IMG/VR virus record: IMGVR_UViG_3300035182_000178
Coordinates: 1 to 61,535 of that record
Origin: a virus
Taxonomy: Duplodnaviria > Caudoviricetes
Reading direction: 5' to 3' (one strand)
DNA: 61,535 nt
Of the stretch, positions 38,101-46,738 are shown in pieces. Within the stretch, counting starts at the first letter, position 1. The number at the start of each line of letters is the position of its first letter. A program made the position numbers and the translations under genes. The notes beneath the pieces were generated by a model that saw only the letters and a list, made by a program, of their open reading frames with translations, was not told the origin of the DNA and made no database searches.

Positions 38101-38152
38101 AAGTGTTCTGAGAAGGCGGCACCGTACTGGAACCGAATACGTCGTTGTACAT
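35135..38152 (-). CDS. tail fibre with C-terminal Mtd-like (C-type lectin fold) receptor-binding domain
   Basis: TLTNKT repeats; GGFHYAPGGNA, DPRGM, FWADIYL, SRWGVIQATGCMWVWG, GARGVCDHLI resembling Bordetella phage BPP-1 Mtd. Confidence 0.85.
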   Translation of the reverse strand: MYNDVFGSSTVPPSQNTYLSLVLTGDVSFEWPWNSDSASLSVAKIIKVSGVAANLTLPSASEAGVGEDFLVQNVGANTVTLKDLGGNTVGTVSAGTAGYFYLSDNTTDNGQWSFIAFGAGASSVSAAQLIGYGIKALGASLNQSHPVALISTNTTVTSSHRASLLVNNGGNITLSLTAVATLGDDFFVFFRNAGSGTATIDPNGSEQIDGQSTITVQPGESLGLFCSGAEWYSVGYGRSTIYQFSQLVKDVSAGGTFTLSSAEVANKLLTFVGNPATPVTVNVPAVVSVYYVDSQLSTTQAITLKTSSGTGVSVPQSSRIIALCNGTNVVSAQSVQASTTISIVDGAAASPSLNFSSQTNTGLFKSGTGLGIAVAGSALVDVQSTGTTFNGTSPVVSAKIGPSTIQQHTIPAVSADTLALIAATQTLTNKTFNLTSNTLTGTLAQFNTALSDDNFVSLTGTETLTNKTLTTPTLTLKQSVSPTPTVNGDIQWDSDGFFLLVGNGLGQTTIPSVSSAHTLTNKTLDLTSNTLTGTLAQFNTACSDADFASLTGVETLTNKTLGTGSTWNGSVIGNVYGGTGQNSSAWSGIPKVSAGVWSLAAAGTDFLSPSTGVVKDSATGAAHMPSGTTGQRPGSPSFGDTRANSTTNAIEWWNGSSWTAMAILDASGKVPTAQLPALASETLFYKTDPTTVAFTKTGAGAATIKSGTKIVVGGTAITFASDTTITMPSLTSGTDYAIWVKDDATIQATTDFVSPPSAGNWRKIGGFHYAPGGNATAMSGGDATPAINAYSFWDLNFRPAAVDPRGMVLVADSFWADIYLLGVDHLTNGTSKYNVTIADGSSPPKIPAKFGGNGSTTYSTLTWWEANEVLQSWGKRSPTYDEFAALAYGTTEATSSGGSDVPTTGVSGTGATNPWNKFTSRWGVIQATGCMWVWGGNFGGGAASGWTANTGGRGSTYQMENVATFGCSWGYSTEPGSRCSSWNSSPTASYNSVGARGVCDHLIIN

Positions 38153-38155
38153 GAA

Positions 38156-38773
38156 TCAACCTCGTACAGAAGAAGCGTTGATGAAACGTTCTTGGTCTTC
38201 CGATACGATGTTATTCAGAGCGGCCATGTAGAGACCTTGAAATTCCTGCATACGTTCGGAAGTCTTCAAGAACGGCATAGCTTCTATCAACGAAGCGTAA
38301 AGAAGAAGTTGTGGTGCATACTGCGTCAGCCAGTTTGTCTGATTGCTTTTGTCCAAAGGCTCTGGCCGCTCGTAGTATTGTAGCTCGAATTGGTACGCTT
38401 GTGCAGGTGTCGGCACAACAAAGAAATGTTCGTAGTCGTAGTCGGCGAAGTACACGGGGACGTCAATCTTGGATGGATCGGGCCAATAGGCACGACAATA
38501 TTCGTAACCGCGTAACTTCAACGTCACTCGACCTGTTGAAGTGATCAATGTGATGTTCTTTGTTTTGCGCCAGCGAACAGGTTTTTGCATCACGTTACCG
38601 TTCATGACCCCCGTTACGGTACGCAAGAGACCGAAAGATTTTTTCTCACTGGCAATACGGTTCTCCGCCATCATAATGAAACGCGGGATTTGGGAAACAA
38701 ACGGGTCATCGCTTCGCTCACAGTAAGTTTGAATATCAGTAGTGAGCGAATCATACGTCATTACTTCAGCCAT
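38156..38773 (-). CDS. head-tail adaptor protein
   Basis: IPRFIMMAENRI, PTPAQAY, TNWLTQYAPQLLLYASL. Confidence 0.7.
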   Translation of the reverse strand: MAEVMTYDSLTTDIQTYCERSDDPFVSQIPRFIMMAENRIASEKKSFGLLRTVTGVMNGNVMQKPVRWRKTKNITLITSTGRVTLKLRGYEYCRAYWPDPSKIDVPVYFADYDYEHFFVVPTPAQAYQFELQYYERPEPLDKSNQTNWLTQYAPQLLLYASLIEAMPFLKTSERMQEFQGLYMAALNNIVSEDQERFINASSVRG

Positions 38774-38775
38774 GA

Positions 38776-39003
38776 TTACACCAGTTCTTCGTCAGGGCGC
38801 GGGTGGCGCAGGGTAATAACCTCTGTCTTACGCGCAGGGAGCTTGTATGGATCTTTGTTGTCTTTGCAATCAGGACAGACGCGTAATCCAGGGAAATTTG
38901 GGTCTGGTGAGAGTGAGTCGTAATCAACTTTAAAACGACAACGGTCGCACATTGCAACAGCGACCGTGTTCCCACCTAGCTTGACCGGGCGGTAGAGAGA
39001 CAT
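38776..39003 (-). CDS. small Zn-ribbon virion-operon protein
   Basis: AMCDRC...GLRVCPDC...PRPD. Confidence 0.65.
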   Translation of the reverse strand: MSLYRPVKLGGNTVAVAMCDRCRFKVDYDSLSPDPNFPGLRVCPDCKDNKDPYKLPARKTEVITLRHPRPDEELV

Positions 39004-39005
39004 TG

Positions 39006-39995
39006 TCAGCCTCCTGTGTATCCGCGAATATTGGGTGCGATAAATACAGGGGAACCGTCGACTTCCGAAGAGCCAGCAGTGAGTGTAAATCTGTCCGCCA
39101 TTTCTCCGATTTCTTTACGGCGAGCTGGATCAACGTTCGGTACTTCAAATGACGCACGTAAAGCGAGTTGCCAGTTCACGGCTTCAAGCCATCGTGTCGG
39201 AATCTCGATCTCGTTGGTCAAGTCCCCGATGTCTTGAATCTGTCTGTAGCGAAACAGCTTTAGGTAGTTCGTATCTTCGTTGGGCACCGGCCACAGTGAA
39301 ATGCGCGGGGCAATGAGTTTCTCGAAAAAGAAATTCAGACTCACAGAACTCTGTGATTCTTTATTCGGAAGTGCGGAATAGTCGTCGCGATTGAATGCAG
39401 ACATCGGCACTTCACGCGCAGAAGAGGCGAGCAAGATATTGTTCACAGCGACAGCCGCCGTAGAAGAAACACGGAACTGCAAAACAGAGATCACTGGATC
39501 AACTTCGAACCAGTTATAGAAACCTGTCGGTTCCAAATTTGCGACCTGCACTGTTTTCAGGTTATTCCAGCTAATGCCGTCCGTCGAGTACTCGACGAGA
39601 ATAGGTTGTGTTGGAACAGAATCTAGACGAAAAGCGTACCGAACGATCGAAGCATTCGCAGCAAGCACTGCCGTCTTAGACGTTGCATTCGAAGAGAATG
39701 AGTCTACAGCGACCAAGCTGGGTACGCAAAACAACAAGTTAAGAACGTCTGTTGTGCCGATGGGCGTATCGTAAGTCTTTTTGCCGGAGAACACTGGGAG
39801 CAGATTCTGCTCTACGCACCAAAGATTAAGCCCTTCGTTACTCAGGGATACCAGGAACATGAACAAGGATTCGCGTAACGAATCAGATATTTCTGGCGTG
39901 AGCGTTTCAGGTGCAATCCCGCAACGACGAAGCGCCTTGGACATCATCTTGTCGATGTCCATAACAGTTAGGCCGACTGTGCCGGATGTAGCCAT
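39006..39995 (-). CDS. head completion / tail tubular protein
   Basis: MATSGT, ALRRCG, NEGLNLW, DYSALPNK, LWPVP, PTRWLEA. Confidence 0.65.
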   Translation of the reverse strand: MATSGTVGLTVMDIDKMMSKALRRCGIAPETLTPEISDSLRESLFMFLVSLSNEGLNLWCVEQNLLPVFSGKKTYDTPIGTTDVLNLLFCVPSLVAVDSFSSNATSKTAVLAANASIVRYAFRLDSVPTQPILVEYSTDGISWNNLKTVQVANLEPTGFYNWFEVDPVISVLQFRVSSTAAVAVNNILLASSAREVPMSAFNRDDYSALPNKESQSSVSLNFFFEKLIAPRISLWPVPNEDTNYLKLFRYRQIQDIGDLTNEIEIPTRWLEAVNWQLALRASFEVPNVDPARRKEIGEMADRFTLTAGSSEVDGSPVFIAPNIRGYTGG

Positions 39996-40004
39996 GAGAC
40001 CCTC

Positions 40005-40286
40005 TTAGGTGTAGAGGACGTTCACTGTCGCGGTGCCGCCGACTACGACGTAGATACCATTCTGAGCCGCCATACCGATGCCACTGAAAACTAGGTCAGC
40101 ACCCTGAGCTAGAGAGGCTTTCGCGTACAGAATGTTACCTGTGGGAGTACCTGTATCTGTGTCGTAAATGGTGATTGAACCCGAAGTGGAGTTAACTACA
40201 ATCAAGCCAAATAGACCAGCAGGTCCAGTTTTGACTTGCACCCCCGCAGTTTGGTCAACCTTCTTGTAGCCAATCTTATCAGCCAT
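40005..40286 (-). CDS. small virion protein
   Basis: Beta-rich; VKTGPAGLFG, NGIYV. Confidence 0.55.
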   Translation of the reverse strand: MADKIGYKKVDQTAGVQVKTGPAGLFGLIVVNSTSGSITIYDTDTGTPTGNILYAKASLAQGADLVFSGIGMAAQNGIYVVVGGTATVNVLYT

Positions 40287-40332
40287 GATAACCTCAATGC
40301 AAGTTGGGGGGACCGAAGCCCCCCCCCAGTTG

Positions 40333-40767
40333 TTACAGCTTCGGTGAGAAGAGCAATACCGCTTTCGTGAGACCTACAGAAGTAGGTGTACCGAGAGCGA
40401 GTCGCAGATACACCGGGGTATCCGACTGACCACTGGTGTGAACCAAAGACTGCATGGACGTCAGTTGAGCAGCGGTGAAAGTCGGGCGAACCCGACCGCC
40501 GCTGACCACACTGGTAGCCGGAGCGATTTCCGTACCGCCCAGTGTCGTACCAACAGACAACGTAGCTGACGCCGAGGTATGCGCGGTGACGGTATCCATG
40601 AGGATATCGACAATCTCACAGCCATCGGGAAGGTACGCGGTGAAGTCGGCAGAGGCTTGGCCTCCAGCCTGAATATCAACAGCCTTGGCATAGATAGCGA
40701 ACCCAGAATCACGGCTGTCGCCGGGAGTAGAGCCAGCTTTCTGAGCGCCTTGAGCGTAAGAGCCCAT
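40333..40767 (-). CDS. capsid decoration-like protein
   Basis: LPDGCEIVDI, ATLSVGT; follows the MCP. Confidence 0.55.
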   Translation of the reverse strand: MGSYAQGAQKAGSTPGDSRDSGFAIYAKAVDIQAGGQASADFTAYLPDGCEIVDILMDTVTAHTSASATLSVGTTLGGTEIAPATSVVSGGRVRPTFTAAQLTSMQSLVHTSGQSDTPVYLRLALGTPTSVGLTKAVLLFSPKL

Positions 40768-40777
40768 GATTTTCTCC

Positions 40778-40805
40778 TTAAAAAGGAAGGGGCCGAAGCC
40801 CCCTC
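40778..40805 (-). terminator. terminator after the major capsid gene
   Basis: Minus strand GAGGGGC-TTCG-GCCCCTTCCTTTTT. Confidence 0.7.
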
Positions 40806-40812
40806 ACAGGGC

Positions 40813-41724
40813 TTAGACGCCTTGGTTGCCGAACATGGCACGCCAGTCGGTCCAGCCGGAACCGAAACGCATGGTGGCCTTGTAACGAACCGAGTCGGTT
40901 TCGAAGTCGCCTTCCATGGCCTTTTCCAACTTACGACGCCACAGAACCTTCAGGCCATTGCGAGCATCGGTTTGGATGAACCAAGCGGTCGGAGAGGTCA
41001 GACGCGAAAGAGTGACAACATCATTGATAGAACCCGAAGACTTGATGGGGTTCAGATCATTGTTGTTGGTGCCCGTACGCAGAACCGACTTCAGGAGGAC
41101 TTCGGCAGTCAGCATGTTGGACGGATGGACGACCAGTTTCTTGCCGGTCAAGCGGATGCGCTTGCCACGGGAATCCTGGGCTTGACGCAGTGTGATCAGA
41201 GCCTGTTCCAGCGAGGTCTGGGACAGAGCAGCCGACGTCAGGACGTTGGACTGAGTGCCACCGATGACCGGGTGGGAAGCGGAGCAGAGAGCGACACCAT
41301 CGCCGCCGTTGTAGCCGGAAGTGAAGGCGCGGTTGATGTGGTTGGCGGTCACGGTTTCCAGAGTCTCGTCCATGGCTTGGGCGAGGTGTTTGGACATCGT
41401 GGTGCCGAGACGGATGTGATCACCGTCTTCAACAAGAACCTTGGTCAAGGCGAAGGCCAGACCGTAGACGTCATAGGTGTAACGCTTGACGTACAGTTGA
41501 CCGCCTTCGTCGTAGGTGATGGGCTGACCGTCCGGGAGGATCGGTGCAGCGCCCATGCCGTACAACATGACTTCTTCATGGTAGCCGCGGGCCGTGCCAG
41601 TTTCGGTCGCGAAAATTTGCTTGTACTCGTCGGTGCGCTGGTCGTAAACACCGTCGAACGACTGATTGAGGATCGGTTCGACGATATTCTTGAACTGAGT
41701 ACTGCGCATAATGGTGCCGGACAT
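40813..41724 (-). CDS. major capsid protein
   Basis: DGQPITYD, YGLAFALT, GGDGVALCSASHP, DFETDSVRYKATMRFGSGWTDWR; strong codon bias. Confidence 0.85.
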   Translation of the reverse strand: MSGTIMRSTQFKNIVEPILNQSFDGVYDQRTDEYKQIFATETGTARGYHEEVMLYGMGAAPILPDGQPITYDEGGQLYVKRYTYDVYGLAFALTKVLVEDGDHIRLGTTMSKHLAQAMDETLETVTANHINRAFTSGYNGGDGVALCSASHPVIGGTQSNVLTSAALSQTSLEQALITLRQAQDSRGKRIRLTGKKLVVHPSNMLTAEVLLKSVLRTGTNNNDLNPIKSSGSINDVVTLSRLTSPTAWFIQTDARNGLKVLWRRKLEKAMEGDFETDSVRYKATMRFGSGWTDWRAMFGNQGV

Positions 41725-41736
41725 TTATCGGTCTCC

Positions 41737-42306
41737 TTAAATGGCAGTCTTCGCAGACACGAACTGGTGACGAGCATTCTGCACCAGTACAGTCGGGAAG
41801 GGGTTGAGTGTGGCGTCATAGACACCGTCGTTGCCGAAACCGACAATACGGAACTGACCCTGGACACCGGCACCCTTGAGCGTGGCATTCAGAGCTTGCG
41901 CGCTTTGGCCTGTGGCAGCGTTGACTGTGCCAGTGACGAGGTCGGCTTGGTCGCCGATTGCAGCTTGAACATAGCCAGAGCCGCCGGAAGCGACCTGGAC
42001 TTCGTAGATTTCGTCCGGGTTGTCGTAGACGTAGCACTCGATGTTGGTTGCGACAGTGCCAGCAGGCCAGTTCTTCTGGAAGCACGGCTTGCCTGTAGCG
42101 TCTGTGAAACGAACACCGGCGAATTGACCGATAGTATCGGAGTTGGCGGCACCTGCGACGATTGTACCGTTCGTGTTCAGGATGACGAAGTCACCGTAAC
42201 CGATATCAGTACCGTAGCCGGAGGCGATTGTGTAGGCACTCGCACGCGATTGACCAGAAGGGTTTTTGCGCAGTGCGAAGCCGAAGGGAGAAGCAACAAG
42301 GCTCAT
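41737..42306 (-). CDS. minor capsid / decoration protein
   Basis: PFGF, YTIASGY, GQFAGV, VYDNPDEIYEVQ; upstream of the MCP. Confidence 0.7.
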   Translation of the reverse strand: MSLVASPFGFALRKNPSGQSRASAYTIASGYGTDIGYGDFVILNTNGTIVAGAANSDTIGQFAGVRFTDATGKPCFQKNWPAGTVATNIECYVYDNPDEIYEVQVASGGSGYVQAAIGDQADLVTGTVNAATGQSAQALNATLKGAGVQGQFRIVGFGNDGVYDATLNPFPTVLVQNARHQFVSAKTAI

Positions 42307-42317
42307 TCTTCAGATCC

Positions 42318-42875
42318 TCAGGAGAAAGTTGTTGGTTTGACACGCCGAGCCAGAGCATCAAAGCCTTCGGCTTCAACAAGCTCACGACCCTTGCTGTCTT
42401 CTTGTTTCACGTTGTCGACGGCGTTGTTGCGCAGAATCTCTTCTTCTTCCATGGGACGTTCGTAGTGAAAAATCCGCATGATTTCCTGATAAATTTTTTC
42501 AGGGACTTTGAACAGAAGCATTTCGTTGCAAGCAATACAACCCTCGAATTCCCCCTGTGTAACCTTGTACTGCGCGAAGCCCGGAACATCGCTAGCGCGA
42601 ACAGGCTCGTAGCCTTTCTGCACGCGCTTGAAAATCGGGTCAGCGGAGTTCGTGGTAGAAAGCCAGCAGGTATGCCAGCCTTCAATCTTCGGGGGAGTAG
42701 GAAGCACTTCCTGATTCCATTCCGAACGAATCATAGCAATTCGCTCAGCAATGGACAGAGCAGTACCGTCCTTTTGGGTGCGTTCAGCATCACCCTCAAC
42801 GCGATCACCGCGAACATTTGTGGACTCGACAGACTTTTTCAGTTTGTCGTCGCCAGTGGATTTAATTTCGCTCAT
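42318..42875 (-). CDS. head morphogenesis-region protein
   Basis: LPTPPKIEGWHTCW, KGYEPV, MLLFKVP. Confidence 0.6.
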   Translation of the reverse strand: MSEIKSTGDDKLKKSVESTNVRGDRVEGDAERTQKDGTALSIAERIAMIRSEWNQEVLPTPPKIEGWHTCWLSTTNSADPIFKRVQKGYEPVRASDVPGFAQYKVTQGEFEGCIACNEMLLFKVPEKIYQEIMRIFHYERPMEEEEILRNNAVDNVKQEDSKGRELVEAEGFDALARRVKPTTFS

Positions 42876-42887
42876 TCTGATCGCTCC

Positions 42888-43865
42888 TTATGCCTTAGAC
42901 TTCTTGTCGGATTCTTGATAACGCTTAATCATCGCGGCCCGTTGTTTCGGGTCGTCCCACATACCTGCTTCCTTCAGCGCAGAAACGCGCTCAGGAGAGA
43001 GGCGGAAGACGCCCTTGTTCTGGGTCGGAGTACTTTCGCGTCCGGAACCGGCAACGACAGACTTCGGCTTATTGGGTGACACTTTACCACGAGGTGTGCG
43101 ATGTGGCAAGTATTTTTTGATACGGCTGTTAAGTTCGTCCCAGTATTCTTGCGTACGAGGGTTCCAACCTTCACGATGCATAGCATCGTCAATCTGACGA
43201 GCGATCTGGGAATCCAGGTCTGCACCATTGGGGTCGTACCAAGAATTCTTGGAAACCCACTCGTCGGCACGAATACGCACTTGCGGATCAATCGGAGAAA
43301 CTTGCTGCTGACGTTGCGCGTACGCAGTCTTAACGTTGACAAGCTGTTGATGACGCTGGTTCAGTTGGTATAGTTTTTCAGTGGCTTCAGCGACTGCCTT
43401 ACCGTCACCGGCCTGAGTAGCTGTTGCGATCTGTTCCTTAAAGAAACGTTGACCTTGTTCTGTCTGATTGATCGCCGAATCAAGCTGAGCCAGTTGATTA
43501 GCACTATTGTTACGCTCGATTGACTCAAGACGCTGGCGCATCTCGTTCAGTTGTGCTTGGCTAGCGGAAAGTTCTCGCTTGAGCGTGTCTTCACGCTCAC
43601 GTTGCGCTTCCTTGCGATGACGACGTTCTTCGCGACGACGCTGGCGAATGGCCTCGCGCTCTTCGTCACTGTCACCTTCACCGGAACCCTCGTTGGAACC
43701 TTCACCGGAACCCTCGTTGGGACCTTCACCGGAACCCTCGTTGGAACCTTCACCGGAACCCTCGCTGGAACCTTCGTCGTCTTCGTCGTCGAGGGATTCC
43801 GTGTTGGTTTCTAGTACAGGGTTCTCGACAATTTCACCTTCTTCATTGACGTAAATATCAGACAT
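42888..43865 (-). CDS. capsid scaffolding protein
   Basis: Acidic N-terminus, coiled coil, WVSKNSWY, YWDELNSRI, LSPERV. Confidence 0.7.
   Translation of the reverse strand: MSDIYVNEEGEIVENPVLETNTESLDDEDDEGSSEGSGEGSNEGSGEGPNEGSGEGSNEGSGEGDSDEEREAIRQRRREERRHRKEAQREREDTLKRELSASQAQLNEMRQRLESIERNNSANQLAQLDSAINQTEQGQRFFKEQIATATQAGDGKAVAEATEKLYQLNQRHQQLVNVKTAYAQRQQQVSPIDPQVRIRADEWVSKNSWYDPNGADLDSQIARQIDDAMHREGWNPRTQEYWDELNSRIKKYLPHRTPRGKVSPNKPKSVVAGSGRESTPTQNKGVFRLSPERVSALKEAGMWDDPKQRAAMIKRYQESDKKSKA
43675..43775. repeat. 24-bp tandem repeat, about 4 copies, encoding EGSNEGSG in the scaffold
   Basis: CCTTCACCGGAACCCTCGTTGGAA units. Confidence 0.85.
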
Positions 43866-44028
43866 TTTCTTTCCCTTCAGTTTGTTGCATGAGAGCAGCT
43901 TGCTCACTGACCTGCGTTTGGATCTTCTGGATCGCGGAGAGTGAAACCTTGGCGGGGAGTTCTAGTAGACCAGACAGGACAAGATTAACGTCGTCCACTT
44001 CCAGTGTAAGTACGAATTGATTTTTCAC
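43858..44028 (-). CDS. small protein below the ORF-track cutoff (56 aa)
   Basis: Manual translation MKNQFVLTLEVDDVNLVLSGLLELPAKVSLSAIQKIQTQ...; GTG overlaps the GroES stop and its stop overlaps the scaffold start. Confidence 0.55.
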   Translation of the reverse strand: MKNQFVLTLEVDDVNLVLSGLLELPAKVSLSAIQKIQTQVSEQAALMQQTEGKENV

Positions 44029-44432
44029 AGGAGCTCATCCAGTTCTTCGAAAGCCTCGGGATCAACAGAAGCAATGATTTCGTGATCCTGAAAAATACAG
44101 AAAAGAGCTGTGTCTTCGCTTCCCGGAATCTTACGCTCGAAGCGATCTCCGCCGTAACGTGGAACACGAATCAAATCACCAATCTTTGCCCAGACACCTT
44201 CCGGCCACAACTGACCAGTGTCGCGATTATGAAAGGCGATGGGGCCGATAGCAATGAGTTTGCCTACCTGCGAAATTGCTTTGTTGAACTGCTTGGTCTC
44301 GTCAACAATGACAATACCAGATGCCGTTTTGGTACGAACGGTACGCAGTTGGACAATTACGCGGGTGCCCAGTGGTTTGACACCGGGAGCAACTTGAGGG
44401 AAGGCTTCTTCCAAACGAGCAGCAGGAATCAT
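44025..44432 (-). CDS. groES: GroES-like co-chaperonin
   Basis: KPLGTRVIV, KTASGIV, IAIGP, KIGD, RYGG, DHEIIA. Confidence 0.8.
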   Translation of the reverse strand: MIPAARLEEAFPQVAPGVKPLGTRVIVQLRTVRTKTASGIVIVDETKQFNKAISQVGKLIAIGPIAFHNRDTGQLWPEGVWAKIGDLIRVPRYGGDRFERKIPGSEDTALFCIFQDHEIIASVDPEAFEELDELL

Positions 44433-44520
44433 AACGATTCTCCATAAAGTCTCCATAAAAAGCTACCGCGTGAAGCCGGAGACTGACTTCCTTCACCGTC
44501 GTGAAGTGCGGTAGCTGAAC

Positions 44521-44709
44521 TTATTCGTCGATGTTTTCTTCTATGATACGTTCAAGTCTGCGAAGTGAACTGATCAGTTCACGGGCACGACCTTGAAGAA
44601 TACCGACTTGAGTGAGGCTTTCAAAGTTCGTGGAGACAAAGGCTTCCTTGATAACACGCAATTCTTCGCGTGTTTCTGCTACGAACTGTGAAAGCTGGCG
44701 GTCGCTCAC
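44521..44709 (-). CDS. hypothetical protein
   Basis: 62 aa helical ORF upstream of GroES. Confidence 0.5.
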   Translation of the reverse strand: MSDRQLSQFVAETREELRVIKEAFVSTNFESLTQVGILQGRARELISSLRRLERIIEENIDE

Positions 44710-44720
44710 TTATTTTTAGC

Positions 44721-44912
44721 CTACGAAGTTTTCGCGGTCGCTTTCACTTCAGGCTTCGATTCTTCTTTTTCTTCTACCAAGGCGACTGTCGCTTTTTCCG
44801 GGTTGAATGTGTCACCGAAACGACTGGAAATGTATTGTTCTACCGTATCGCAGTCGTGCTTGTTGACGATTTCTTTTTCGTCTCCTAGCCACGTGATTTC
44901 AAACTTTGCCAT
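44721..44912 (-). CDS. hypothetical protein
   Basis: AGGAG RBS. Confidence 0.55.
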   Translation of the reverse strand: MAKFEITWLGDEKEIVNKHDCDTVEQYISSRFGDTFNPEKATVALVEEKEESKPEVKATAKTS

Positions 44913-44921
44913 AACAATCTC

Positions 44922-45395
44922 CTATGTGAGTAATAAAAGCAACAGTTCATCGTCTTGACGTTGCCTACGACGCTTTTCAGATACGAGCTCCAAGTTTAGC
45001 GCAACCGGGGCATAACTTGCAAGCAGTTGGCGCAGGTACAAAGTAGCCTGCCACGCTGCGTCGAGCACTGTATGGCGCACCTCGGGCGCTTGCACATGTG
45101 TGGTAGGCTTAGGCTGCGGTACGGTTTTTACACTGAGTTGCTCTTTGACAGGTTGCTTTTTCGTAATAACAGGTTTCTGTACGCGCTTTTTCGCTTTAGA
45201 AATGACTATTTCTTGTTCCGTTACTTCTTGTTCTTTCTTATCTTCTCTCAGTGCTTCTTCCTGCATCTGATAAAAGAAAAGACGCCAGTAACCTGAGCGA
45301 GCCTGACCGCCTCCATCTGCAAGACCTAGACGAGCAGTGTGTTGAACCCCGAAACCTACGCCAATCTTAGCGATGGAGTCAGCAATGATGTTCAT
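44922..45395 (-). CDS. hypothetical protein
   Basis: Ends RRRQRQDDELLLLL. Confidence 0.55.
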   Translation of the reverse strand: MNIIADSIAKIGVGFGVQHTARLGLADGGGQARSGYWRLFFYQMQEEALREDKKEQEVTEQEIVISKAKKRVQKPVITKKQPVKEQLSVKTVPQPKPTTHVQAPEVRHTVLDAAWQATLYLRQLLASYAPVALNLELVSEKRRRQRQDDELLLLLLT

Positions 45396-46399
45396 TGACG
45401 GGTCACCGTTACTGTACCACTAGACTCAGTTACCACACACTGAATCCCCCCGAACTGAATACTGGTGGGAGTCTGAACCAACGGGTTAGCTGCATCCAAA
45501 CCCAGACGCTGCCAGATTTCTAGTATCATGGTAGAAGGATCATTATTAGAAGGAAGCAAGGAACCCGTACGGGTAGATCCTCCATCCGATAGGGTTTGGT
45601 GAATAGTTCCGGTGTCCAATGTAGTAGTTGTGATAGACACAGGATTGTTGACATCTAGTTCTAGCCTTGTCCAGATTTCCGTTAGCATCTGTAGGTCAGA
45701 GGCACTAATCGTGATATTATTATCGACGATGTAGGTGTTAAGAGCCACAGACAAGGTAGAAGCAGCACTAATGGCTGAGTTCAGACTGGTCAGTACTGAT
45801 TGCTGAGCTGAGATCGCGGAGCTAAGGGAAGAGACCTTCGACTGTGGTACAGCTACGCCCGCGCTTAGTGAGCTGGTGACATTCTGCTGAGTCTGTACTA
45901 CCGCGGACAGGGAAGTAGCTGCGTTCCCCGAGTCCTGCACTGCCGCAGATAGAGAAACAGATACCGTTGCTCCCGCTTGGATGTAAGTGTCTAGTGACGC
46001 TGACACCTGCGAGGATGCCTGAATAGCCGCAGATAGAGAGGCACTGACGCTGAAAGCCTGTTGAACTGCCGCAGACAGTGAAGACTGGGATAAGGCGTCG
46101 ACCTGAATGGCGGAGTCTAGCGACAGCGTAGCAGTACGTGCCGACTGGATGGCGGAGTTTAAGCTAACTGAGACTTGAGAAGCCGACTGGATGGCTGCAT
46201 TCAGTTCGGTAGCCTGACTCCCTCCGGTCTGGATAGCGGAGTTTAAGCTAGCAGTAGCTACCGCTGCTTGCTGAATTGCAACACTTAGGCTAGAAGTAGC
46301 CGTTAGTGATTGTTGAACCGCCGCATCTAGGGACGAGGGGACGGTTCGGGTAACGGGGCCACCCCCACTACTCTGGTTGAACAGAAGTAGTAGGGACAT
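45392..46399 (-). CDS. fibre-like virion protein with 13-aa repeats
   Basis: Repeated SL(S/N/D)(A/S)A(V/I)Q units; duplicated EIW-R-L-LD-NP motif. Confidence 0.6.
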   Translation of the reverse strand: MSLLLLFNQSSGGGPVTRTVPSSLDAAVQQSLTATSSLSVAIQQAAVATASLNSAIQTGGSQATELNAAIQSASQVSVSLNSAIQSARTATLSLDSAIQVDALSQSSLSAAVQQAFSVSASLSAAIQASSQVSASLDTYIQAGATVSVSLSAAVQDSGNAATSLSAVVQTQQNVTSSLSAGVAVPQSKVSSLSSAISAQQSVLTSLNSAISAASTLSVALNTYIVDNNITISASDLQMLTEIWTRLELDVNNPVSITTTTLDTGTIHQTLSDGGSTRTGSLLPSNNDPSTMILEIWQRLGLDAANPLVQTPTSIQFGGIQCVVTESSGTVTVTRQ

Positions 46400-46402
46400 A
46401 GA

Positions 46403-46729
46403 TTACCCTTGAGCGATGATCTGGTATTGACGAACCAAAGCGAGGACAGCCAACATAGCTTGATTCAGGTTAGTGTCCGTGCCCAGAGGTTCGGCATTTT
46501 CTGGGCTGATAAGAGGGACCGGATCGTTCCCGTGCTTAGAGAAGTCTAGTTCCACTTCGATCGGAGACATCTCCTCCAACGTTCGAATCGTACCGTCCGC
46601 CAGTTTAACGGCCAAGGACTGTTCGATCGTAGCATGAGGCAAGGGTCGTTCGATAGAGTCCGGCCACACCAACGTAACCCGATGAGCTCGGACATATGGA
46701 ACTCCTACCTGTGAAGGATCATAGTTCAT
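46403..46729 (-). CDS. hypothetical protein
   Basis: AAGGAG RBS. Confidence 0.55.
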   Translation of the reverse strand: MNYDPSQVGVPYVRAHRVTLVWPDSIERPLPHATIEQSLAVKLADGTIRTLEEMSPIEVELDFSKHGNDPVPLISPENAEPLGTDTNLNQAMLAVLALVRQYQIIAQG

Positions 46730-46738
46730 GGCAACTCC

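Noticed and set aside
40579-42465. 628-aa plus-strand ORF (also 970-1920, 20305-20973, 28793-29620)
   Set aside because: Antisense shadows of strongly codon-biased genes; no RBS or recognisable motifs
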